Made by a program: the position numbers and the translations under genes. DNA of 64,000 nt from Bacteroidia bacterium (GTDB taxonomy: Bacteria > Bacteroidota > Bacteroidia > UKL13-3), in contig JAKLJI010000001.1 of NCBI GenBank assembly GCA_023151275.1, positions 146,409-210,408 on the forward strand. Reading direction: 5' to 3'. The notes under the pieces were generated by a model. The model did not search any database and was not told where the DNA came from. It was given only the letters and a program-made list of their open reading frames with translations. This document shows, piece by piece, positions 48,858 through 56,937 of the stretch; position 1 is the first letter of the stretch; the number at the start of each line of letters is the position of its first letter.

Positions 48858-50555
48858 CTAGAAGTGTACACTTTTGGTGAATTTACTTCGTATGGATTTT
48901 ACCTCAAATCGGGAATAACCGTTTGGTAGTTCAAGCTTCGCGCTTTTACCGGGTTGAAGAAAAACCTGTTTTAATTCGAGCCTAACCTGTCCGCTTTCAT
49001 CCAATTGAAGAAGTATGTAAGAATCGGCCTCTGTACCTGTATTTACTACCCTAATCTTTTGTTTTCTTGTTCCCGGCTTTCCAATTTTGTCCACTAAAAA
49101 ATGGTAAGGATAAAGAGAAGAATAATAGTTTATCCGATAACTGAACAGCGGTTTCCAAATTTTACCTCCTTCTTCCCAACGTGTATTTTGGAAGGTGTAT
49201 GCTTGCCAAAGCAGTTTCTTCTTTCGGGCATCGATTTCAAAAAAATGAGGCATGCTTCCCATGCAAACCAGGTACCGACCTTTTCCTGTTTCTTGTACCG
49301 AACCCATTTGTCCGGCATAGGTATCCTTAGAAAAATAATCTTTGAAATAAATCTGATTCAAAACCTCATTGTTAGAATCAAGCTGGTCTGAAACGAGCAA
49401 TTCAGTAATGCCGGAGCCCGTTTCCTGATTTCCATTGTTAAAAAGTAAAATGTTTCCGTTTCGACTAAAGATTGGCGCGTGTTGCTGCTCAAACTTCAAC
49501 CCGGGCTCCAAAGAATCTTTGAAATTAATTCGCTTCAATCCATATTGATACAAAATGCGGTTTGTGGACTTCTCAATTTTGAAAACTGTATTGAAGGTTT
49601 TAAAACTAGCATACACAATTCCTCCAGGTTCGTCGGCCAGGATACCATTTAAATGACCAAGACGAGTGGGATTAAACAGCTCAGAAGTGGGTGCAATTCC
49701 AAACTGCCTTTTTAGTTCAGGTAATAAATCAAAACGCCAAACTTGCTCTCCACTCTCATTCATTTCAACAATTGATTCGCATAAGGTATTTTCTGGTACA
49801 CCTTGCAAACCTGCCGATTCGTCAAAATCACCCACTCGTTTTTTAGTGGCGGCCAGATAATTACCGGTACTCAGTTTTTCAAACTCGTGATGAAATTTGT
49901 CGTTTCTTCCCGGACCATTTTCTGCTCGGGTGTCGCCAATCCAAACCATTTCGCCATTGAGACGAATTTCTTTCACCTCACCCAATCGGTTATCAACCAA
50001 AGTAAGCGTTCCTTGGGGACTTAGGTTAATATCTCGAATGGAATGATCATACGAATAGTTTAAAAACAGCACAGGTTTTCCCTTGCAATCCAGGGCAAGT
50101 TTTAAGCCATCCACCAAAAGAATACCACTCATGGGCTTCGTATTGGGCTTCACAAAAACAATCTTTTGAACCAAGGAATCAACCAAAGGACTTTGCGCTA
50201 TTTGAAAGGTAAACTCCCTAGATTGATATAGCACCTTACTACCTTTCAACGCTTTGTAGGACCAACGATACGTCTTTCCAAACTCAAAAGGATCAGTTAA
50301 AATCACTCCTCTGTGCTTGCTTTTGGTTTCAAAAATAGTTTTACACTGCTCTGCCCTAAAATTACAAAGCTGAAAACTGAACACATAAGAAGTGGCATTT
50401 GAAACTCCCGGAACCTCAAACAATATTTGTCTGTAATTCAAGCTTTCTCCATCTATTGGACTTAGGGGTTGCGAAAAAGCAGATGGTCTTACCAAACCCA
50501 TCAAAACAGGAATTAAAATCAACCGTATTAGACCAAACCTGAGGCATTGCATCAA
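48858..50555 (-). CDS. arylsulfotransferase (ASST)-family beta-propeller protein (tentative)
   Basis: 565 aa. Signal peptide. N-terminal Ig-like domain followed by a propeller-like region. The family call is based on overall architecture and size only. Confidence 0.4.
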   Translation of the reverse strand: MMQCLRFGLIRLILIPVLMGLVRPSAFSQPLSPIDGESLNYRQILFEVPGVSNATSYVFSFQLCNFRAEQCKTIFETKSKHRGVILTDPFEFGKTYRWSYKALKGSKVLYQSREFTFQIAQSPLVDSLVQKIVFVKPNTKPMSGILLVDGLKLALDCKGKPVLFLNYSYDHSIRDINLSPQGTLTLVDNRLGEVKEIRLNGEMVWIGDTRAENGPGRNDKFHHEFEKLSTGNYLAATKKRVGDFDESAGLQGVPENTLCESIVEMNESGEQVWRFDLLPELKRQFGIAPTSELFNPTRLGHLNGILADEPGGIVYASFKTFNTVFKIEKSTNRILYQYGLKRINFKDSLEPGLKFEQQHAPIFSRNGNILLFNNGNQETGSGITELLVSDQLDSNNEVLNQIYFKDYFSKDTYAGQMGSVQETGKGRYLVCMGSMPHFFEIDARKKKLLWQAYTFQNTRWEEGGKIWKPLFSYRINYYSSLYPYHFLVDKIGKPGTRKQKIRVVNTGTEADSYILLQLDESGQVRLELKQVFLQPGKSAKLELPNGYSRFEVKSIRSKFTKSVHF

Positions 50556-50611
50556 ACGAAATTATCAGGATTAGTTGAATTTCCTGACGATTTTTTATCT
50601 TTCAGTTTCCG

Positions 50612-51598
50612 ATGAAAAAGACCATTGCTATTATTCTTATTGTCCAAGCTATCATTTTAGGATGCCAACAGCTTCCATCAAATCAGGATACATCTAGCAA
50701 TGTACCGGATGACAGTTTGGAATACATCATTCCCGACACCTCACTTATTCCGAGAGATGCATTTGGTGATGCTGTTCGCTATGGCCGAAACTTAATGGAA
50801 AAAACAGCATTCTTCATTGGCCCCAAGGGAAGCAATGGTCAGTATACAAGAAACTTAATGGCTTGCAGCAATTGCCATCAGCAGGCAGGCACCAAGCCTT
50901 TTTCATTCAACCTGATGCGCTCACACCAGGAATATCCTCAGTACCGCCCACGAGAGGATAAAATTCTGACGCTTGCGGAGCGGGTAAACAACTGCATTAC
51001 CCGTCCACACAATGGTCGTCCATTGCCGTATGAATCCAAGGAAATGATAGCCTTTCTTTCGTATTTGAAATGGATAAACTCCTTCGTTATACGCAAGGAT
51101 CGATTTGCGGGAGAAAAAAACCTCCAAATTCAGTATCCCGACATTGCGGCAAATGCAAAAACTGGTTCAGTTTTGTACGCTCAACATTGCGAGCGCTGCC
51201 ATCAAAAAAAAGGAGAAGGCTTGTTTAATGCCGATACCACAGCTTACCTTTATCCTCCACTTTGGGGCGATTTATCCTACCGAAAAGGCTCTAGCATGAA
51301 TCGTGTAACAAAAATGGCCGGTTGGCTAAAAGCCAACATGCCACATCAATTGGCAAGCCATACCAATCCTATACTTTCTGATGTGGAAGCCCTGCATATC
51401 GCCGCTTTCATAAATGATGAATCCATTCATTCTCGTCCCGGAGATGCCACATACGATTACCCAAATCCATTAACCAAACCAATGGATTATGACAAAGGTC
51501 CTTATGCTGACCCATTTTCCGAGGAACAACATAAAAATGGCCCTTTTCCGCCCATTATCAAGTACTGGGAAGAAAAGGGCCAAAAGCTTGTTAAGTAA
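50612..51598 (+). CDS. di-heme c-type cytochrome lipoprotein
   Basis: Lipoprotein signal (IILGC). Two CxxCH motifs (CSNCH, CERCH). Confidence 0.7.
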   Translation: MKKTIAIILIVQAIILGCQQLPSNQDTSSNVPDDSLEYIIPDTSLIPRDAFGDAVRYGRNLMEKTAFFIGPKGSNGQYTRNLMACSNCHQQAGTKPFSFNLMRSHQEYPQYRPREDKILTLAERVNNCITRPHNGRPLPYESKEMIAFLSYLKWINSFVIRKDRFAGEKNLQIQYPDIAANAKTGSVLYAQHCERCHQKKGEGLFNADTTAYLYPPLWGDLSYRKGSSMNRVTKMAGWLKANMPHQLASHTNPILSDVEALHIAAFINDESIHSRPGDATYDYPNPLTKPMDYDKGPYADPFSEEQHKNGPFPPIIKYWEEKGQKLVK

Positions 51599-51604
51599 CT
51601 GGGT

Positions 51605-52840
51605 TTAAACCAAATTCACCAAGGCCATTTCCATGCCTTTTTTCAAAATTCCTTTTGATTTTGGGTTGAACTGATGCACGCGCATCAAGGCCTGCCAAAT
51701 GGTTTTTGAGGTATCACGGAAAATAGCTTCATCACTCAAGTCAACATCGTCTTGGCTCATGCAATACGCAAATACCCTGGCCATACCGCAGTTGGCAATG
51801 TAATCTGGAAGTACTGCTACCTGGTCATCGGTATAGTTGGCAATTGGACCCATGAAAATTTCTTCATCGGCAAAAGGTACGTTGGCACCGCAGCTTATCA
51901 CTTCCAAATCGTTGGCAAGCATGTTATCAATTTGCTCTTTGCTCACCAAACGAGATGCAGCAGCAGGAACAAAAATTTCTGCGCCAACGGTCCAAATCTT
52001 TTGGTTGATTTCTTCAAAGGGCATCATCTCAGGATGAACCAAGGTGTTTCCATCCTTGTTAAGGAACATGTCTTTGATTTCCTCGCGCGTAAATCCGGTT
52101 GGTTTAAGCACACCGCCATTGCGGTCGATAATTCCTACCACCAAAACACCATACAAACTGAGGTAATAAGCAGCTGCGGCGCCTACATTTCCCCAACCTT
52201 GAATGATGGCGCGTTTCATGTTCACATTGCCACCCCAAATGCTGTAGTAATGACGAACCGCTTCAGCAACACCAAAACCGGTAATCATATCAGCTACCAC
52301 AAATTTTCTATCTACCAGCGGAGAAAAACGATCATCGGTAATTATTTTAGAAACACCGTCGCGCAGGTTATCAATGCGTTGTTCTTTGCTTTTTTGGTCC
52401 ACTTTAAAATGGCCATTCACCACACCTTCTTGTGGGTGAAGCAATCCATAGGATTCTGTGATGGGAATTACTTCGTGGATTTCGTCCACATTTAAGTCGC
52501 CACCTGTACCATAATAGTTTTTAAGCAAAGGATAAACAGCTTTATACCAGCGTTCAAGAACGCCCTTTTTACGAGGATCTGCAGGATCGAAATTAATACC
52601 GGATTTTGCACCACCAATGGCCGGTCCGGCAACAGTAAACTTGATTTCCATGGTTTTAGCCAGGGAGGTTACCTCATGCTTGTTCAAGCCTTTGCGCATG
52701 CGCGTTCCTCCGCCTGCTGCGCCACCACGAAGGGAGTTGATAACTACCCATCCTTCGGCTTCGGTTTCACTGTCTTTCCATTCGAAAACAATCTCAGGTT
52801 GTTTCCCTTCGTACTTTTTGATAAGTTTTTCTAATTGCAT
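51605..52840 (-). CDS. gdh: Glu/Leu/Phe/Val-family dehydrogenase (glutamate dehydrogenase)
   Basis: Start at ATG 52840. Catalytic Lys region (GGAKSGINFDP). Rossmann GxGxxG (GWGNVGAAAAYYL). Confidence 0.85.
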   Translation of the reverse strand: MQLEKLIKKYEGKQPEIVFEWKDSETEAEGWVVINSLRGGAAGGGTRMRKGLNKHEVTSLAKTMEIKFTVAGPAIGGAKSGINFDPADPRKKGVLERWYKAVYPLLKNYYGTGGDLNVDEIHEVIPITESYGLLHPQEGVVNGHFKVDQKSKEQRIDNLRDGVSKIITDDRFSPLVDRKFVVADMITGFGVAEAVRHYYSIWGGNVNMKRAIIQGWGNVGAAAAYYLSLYGVLVVGIIDRNGGVLKPTGFTREEIKDMFLNKDGNTLVHPEMMPFEEINQKIWTVGAEIFVPAAASRLVSKEQIDNMLANDLEVISCGANVPFADEEIFMGPIANYTDDQVAVLPDYIANCGMARVFAYCMSQDDVDLSDEAIFRDTSKTIWQALMRVHQFNPKSKGILKKGMEMALVNLV

Positions 52841-52844
52841 GAGC

Positions 52845-53930
52845 TTATTGGTTGCTGAGTTTACTAAAATCGCCCCAAAGTGCACCACCTATATGGTTAG
52901 AGCGACTTCCGGTAACAACTTTTAAAACATTGGTTTGATTTTGTATCCGTAAAAGGCCCAAAAAGGCAAATATCAGGGCTTCTTTAAAATGTATGGTTGT
53001 GGCTTCGGGAATTACGAGTTCACAACTGGTTTTGCTTTTTATTTTTTGAATGAGGAAATCATTCAAGGCGCCACCGCCTGTTACAAGCACTCTTTCAAGC
53101 TGATTGTGGTTGAGCACATCAGCAATTTGTGTGGCGACATGGTTGGCAAGTGTGGCCATTTTTTCCGCCTCGCTGATATCGGTATAGCTTTTTACAATGG
53201 GCCAGAACTCGCTGTTAATCCATTCTCTTCCCAGAGATTTTGCTCCAAGTTTTGCATAAAAGGGTAACTCATTCAACTCGTGCAACAAATCTTCATCCAG
53301 CATAGCTGAAGCTGCAATCTGTCCGCGATCATCGTAAGGCAAACCCAACCAGCGTGCCACCCGATTAAAAACAATATTGCATGGAGAAATATCAAAGGCT
53401 TTCAATTGCCCCTCTTTTTCAAAAGAAATATTGGCAATTCCACCCAAATTCAAACACGACTCATACTCCGAAAACAGAAGCCTATCTCCAACCGGAACCA
53501 AAGGTGCCCCCTGTCCGCCAAGCGCAAGATCCATATTTCGGAATGCGTTTACAACAGGAATACCACATTCAGCAGATAAAGCAGCTCCGTCGCCAATTTG
53601 GGCAGTAAATCCGGCTAGGGGTTGATGAAAAATTGTATGGCCATGCGAAGCAACCAGGTCAATTCCTTCCAACTGATGGGTTTTGATAAACTGCTTTACC
53701 AAAATTCCCAAATACCTGCCATAAAAGGCATCGGTTTTTGGAAAAAGCTCAATGGGTTGTTTGTAAAGTTGAGAAAGTCTTATGCGCCATTTTTCATCAT
53801 AGGGAATTGTTTCAGCATGAGTTATCCTGTATTTCCAGCCCTTATCTGTGCCGGTAAATTCACAACAAGCAAGGTCAACCCCATCCATGGAACTCCCACT
53901 CATCAAGCCAATTATTCGATACGTACGCAT
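52845..53930 (-). CDS. anmK: anhydro-N-acetylmuramic acid kinase
   Basis: N-terminal IGLMSGSSMDGVD (compare LMSGTSLDGID in known AnmK) and overall 361-aa size. Confidence 0.85.
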   Translation of the reverse strand: MRTYRIIGLMSGSSMDGVDLACCEFTGTDKGWKYRITHAETIPYDEKWRIRLSQLYKQPIELFPKTDAFYGRYLGILVKQFIKTHQLEGIDLVASHGHTIFHQPLAGFTAQIGDGAALSAECGIPVVNAFRNMDLALGGQGAPLVPVGDRLLFSEYESCLNLGGIANISFEKEGQLKAFDISPCNIVFNRVARWLGLPYDDRGQIAASAMLDEDLLHELNELPFYAKLGAKSLGREWINSEFWPIVKSYTDISEAEKMATLANHVATQIADVLNHNQLERVLVTGGGALNDFLIQKIKSKTSCELVIPEATTIHFKEALIFAFLGLLRIQNQTNVLKVVTGSRSNHIGGALWGDFSKLSNQ

Positions 53931-54026
53931 CCAGTAAGCCCGTTTGGGCTGCGAATTTAGTTAAATTCTCTGCTTCAGGGCAATTTTCATCCGGGAGCTA
54001 GGTGCTTTCCGAAAATAATCCCAACT

Positions 54027-55325
54027 TTGAGTATGCCTGAATCCAAAAAAGGCGATCGTCGCCAATTCCTGAAAACCGGCAGTGCCCTGATTGCCGCAGC
54101 AACTCTGCCCAAGGTAAACCTTTCGGCCAGCCCATTACTGCCTGCATTTTCAGAATCAAACCCCGAAAGTTTCTGGAAATCGATGCGGCTTCAGTTTCCG
54201 CTGCAAGCAAAACCGGTTTTTCTAAACAATGGCACCATGGGACCATCACCCTATCCGGTGATTGAGGCTGTTAAAAAATCCATGGACGATGTTGACCAGC
54301 ACGCTGCTTATGGCGGTTGGGAAAGCTGTGCGGCAAAAATTGCGCAGTTTATTGGTGCCGATGAACAGGAAATAGCACTCACACACAATGTAACCGAAGG
54401 CATAAACATTGCATGCTGGGGAGTGCCTTTAAAAAAGGGCGACGAAGTCATACTTTGCTCCCACGAACATGCCGGCAATGCCATACCCTGGCTTCAGCGC
54501 AGAAAACTGGATGGAATTGTGATTCAGGTAATCGACCCGGCTCCAACTGCCGATGAATTCCTGGAAAAACTAAAAAAGCGAATAAGTCCAAAAACCAAGG
54601 CCATTGCCTTCCCGCATATTCCATGCACAACAGGCCAAATTTTCCCTATGAAAGAAATTTGTACTTTGGCACGTGAAAAGGGAATTTTCTCGCTTGTTGA
54701 TGGGGCCCATGGTATGGGTATGATTCCACTCAACCTGCACGAAATGGGTTGTGACACCTATGCCAGTTGCGGACATAAATGGTTATTGGGACCAAAGGGA
54801 ACGGGATTTATTTATGTACGCAAAGAATTTCAGGCCCAAATGAAGGCCACTTTTGTGGGTGCAGGAAGCGATAAAGGCGAATGGAATATGGCTGTCAATC
54901 CACCCATTCAGGGAGCTATGCAAACCAGCGCACATTTGTTCTATTCAGGCACACAAAATCTTTCCTTGTATCGCGGACTTGAAGCTGCAATCGATTTTTT
55001 TAATACCGTTGGGCCGGACCGCATTTATGCCCGCATTGCCGAATTGGGCCATTACGCGCAGGAGCAATTGTTAAGGCTGGGTTCAGGAATTGAATTGCTA
55101 ACCCCACGCGAATCACAATCCAAAGCAGGTGTAAACGGGTTTAGGCTGATAGGAACCGACGCTCAGAAAGTGTACAACTATTGCGCCGATAAGGGATTCA
55201 AAATTCGTGTGGTTCACGAAAACAAACTGAACTCCTTGCGCGTATCCACCCATATTTACAACTCCAAAGAAGAAGTAGATGGGCTGATTGGGGTGTTGAA
55301 AGAATACAGGGAGAAGAAGGAGTAA
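54027..55325 (+). CDS. aminotransferase class V-fold PLP-dependent enzyme (cysteine desulfurase / isopenicillin-N epimerase-like) with Tat signal
   Basis: Twin-arginine signal (RRQFLKTGSALIAAATL). PLP-lysine region (..SCGHKWLLGPKGTGFIY). Confidence 0.7.
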   Translation: MSMPESKKGDRRQFLKTGSALIAAATLPKVNLSASPLLPAFSESNPESFWKSMRLQFPLQAKPVFLNNGTMGPSPYPVIEAVKKSMDDVDQHAAYGGWESCAAKIAQFIGADEQEIALTHNVTEGINIACWGVPLKKGDEVILCSHEHAGNAIPWLQRRKLDGIVIQVIDPAPTADEFLEKLKKRISPKTKAIAFPHIPCTTGQIFPMKEICTLAREKGIFSLVDGAHGMGMIPLNLHEMGCDTYASCGHKWLLGPKGTGFIYVRKEFQAQMKATFVGAGSDKGEWNMAVNPPIQGAMQTSAHLFYSGTQNLSLYRGLEAAIDFFNTVGPDRIYARIAELGHYAQEQLLRLGSGIELLTPRESQSKAGVNGFRLIGTDAQKVYNYCADKGFKIRVVHENKLNSLRVSTHIYNSKEEVDGLIGVLKEYREKKE

Positions 55326-55441
55326 GAGAAAGGTGAAAAAGAAAGAGAAGGAGTAAGAGAAAGGGGGAGCTTTTCTGTCAGGGAGATCAACCAGATAAAC
55401 TAGTAGGTCAAAGCAAAATTACTGGGAAAGTTTGGACTGAA

Positions 55442-55678
55442 TTATTCCAAACTCTCATCATCAAAAACATCTGCCAGTAGCAGCTTGTCGTCTCCATTTT
55501 CATGCATTTTCTTAAATGCATTTTCCCAGCCTTTACGAGGTGTTTTTACAGGCTTTAGAATCATATAACCCTTCTCCAAAACGAGTTCAACTTCATCCTG
55601 GATATGGTATTTCTCAAGTATTGACTTTTCAAGCCTTATTCCTTTAGAGTTGCCAATTGGGATTACGGATGTTTTCAT
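55442..55678 (-). CDS. AbrB/MazE/SpoVT-family DNA-binding protein (antitoxin-like)
   Basis: 78 aa. N-terminal swapped-hairpin motif (KTSVIPIGNSKGIRLEKSILE). No cognate toxin gene is adjacent. Confidence 0.65.
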   Translation of the reverse strand: MKTSVIPIGNSKGIRLEKSILEKYHIQDEVELVLEKGYMILKPVKTPRKGWENAFKKMHENGDDKLLLADVFDDESLE

Positions 55679-55746
55679 TGTTACATTTTTGAAACTACAA
55701 TTTAGTTAATAAAAAGCAGTTCCCAATCCAAATTCCTTACCAACCC

Positions 55747-56358
55747 CTACTCCACCACCTCCAGCCTTTCGAGCAGGGCATTCAGGGCATCGAAATCGCG
55801 AAGGCCTACGCGCTCTTCATTACCGCCGTGTACACTAATTCCAAAGGGTTTTATTTGATGTAAGAGTTGCTCGGTTTGCGAATTGTTTTCGTTCAACTCC
55901 AAAAAAACCTGCCCTTTCCAGGTATCAAGCAAGGAAGGCTCTGCCAGCAGCAATTGCTCCCAGTTCTTGAGGCGAAATGCCTGCACATGGGGCTGATAAG
56001 CCTTCAACTCGGTTTGAAGTTGTTCGGCATTGAAATGGGCGGCATCAACCACCTTAATAATGGGGAACTCAATCGCTGCCAATTCATCGGGCAACATAGC
56101 ATTATCCAACTCAACAATATCAACTTGTAGCAACTCGGCAATGGTTTTAATTTCCTCCATATCCTGATTGCCAAACTCACCTACCACGTGCGAACCGCTG
56201 GTCCAATCAATAATTTCCTTGGCCTTTAAAGGCGGAATTAAATCGGATGAACCTGTATCAAAACAAAAGCCGATATAATTAATTCCTGCAGCAGCTGCAA
56301 AACGTGCATCGGAAAGGTTGCTGATAGCGCTAAGTTTAAGTTGATATGCGTATGCCAT
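55747..56358 (-). CDS. phosphoribosylanthranilate isomerase (TrpF)-like protein with substituted catalytic motifs
   Basis: Collinear with TrpF motifs but with substitutions: KLSAIS for KICGIT, GINYIGFCF for GADAIGFVF, VELDN for VQLHG, IKVVDA for IKAV, GISVHGGNE for GVDVSSGVE. Start at ATG 56358 is preferred over TTG 56433. Confidence 0.5.
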   Translation of the reverse strand: MAYAYQLKLSAISNLSDARFAAAAGINYIGFCFDTGSSDLIPPLKAKEIIDWTSGSHVVGEFGNQDMEEIKTIAELLQVDIVELDNAMLPDELAAIEFPIIKVVDAAHFNAEQLQTELKAYQPHVQAFRLKNWEQLLLAEPSLLDTWKGQVFLELNENNSQTEQLLHQIKPFGISVHGGNEERVGLRDFDALNALLERLEVVE

Positions 56359-56453
56359 GTATGAAAAATCTGGCTTCAAAGGAAAAGCAATTGCCCGAAT
56401 TACGCACCTGAATTCTATCATTTTTGATTTCAATTGGACCGGAAATTTGAGTT

Positions 56454-56933
56454 TTAGGCCTTAATCGAGGCTTCTAACTCAAGCTTCAACTGCTTGAAAA
56501 AGTCTTCCCCTTTTGCATCTGCTCCATTCACCAGGTAACTATCTGCTTGGCCACCGGCATTAACAAATGTGATACGCCAACCCATCCTGGTATCTTCCAA
56601 AGCGGAAATTTTCTTTTTGGGGAGCCTAAATGCTTCACCTACTTCGGTGCGTATGTACATATAAAAAGAATAAAGACCGGCAAGTAGAAGAACAGCAAAT
56701 CCCAAATTGGCCGAGGTGAAACCAGCAACAACAAGGGCTGCTGCGAAACCAAGCAGCAACAAAACTCCTTGAATTCCTTTTACACGAAGCAGCTTCCTTA
56801 GCTTATCATATTTGCCTGTTTCCCCGCGTTCTTTCAAGTTGGCAATTTCGCTCCAATTGCCTGAATTGGTGAAATACAAATGTTCTTCATCTATATTCAC
56901 AAATCCGTATTCGTATCCAAACCAGTCTTTCAT
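56454..56933 (-). CDS. hypothetical small membrane protein (2 TM)
   Basis: 159 aa. Two central TM helices. The start lies 4 nt after the stop of the Hsp70-like gene, suggesting co-transcription. Confidence 0.45.
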   Translation of the reverse strand: MKDWFGYEYGFVNIDEEHLYFTNSGNWSEIANLKERGETGKYDKLRKLLRVKGIQGVLLLLGFAAALVVAGFTSANLGFAVLLLAGLYSFYMYIRTEVGEAFRLPKKKISALEDTRMGWRITFVNAGGQADSYLVNGADAKGEDFFKQLKLELEASIKA

Positions 56934-56937
56934 AGTA

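Noticed and set aside
51752-52495. 247-aa plus-strand ORF
   Set aside because: It is fully antisense to the well-supported glutamate dehydrogenase gene. Its low-complexity translation is typical of reverse-frame read-through.
55315-55365. 19-bp direct repeat AGAAGGAGTAAGAGAAAGG x2 (55315-55333 and 55347-55365) straddling the aminotransferase stop codon
   Set aside because: This is a purine-rich local duplication. It codes for ..EKKE* and then noncoding sequence. There is no hairpin and no third copy. It is most likely replication slippage without obvious function.
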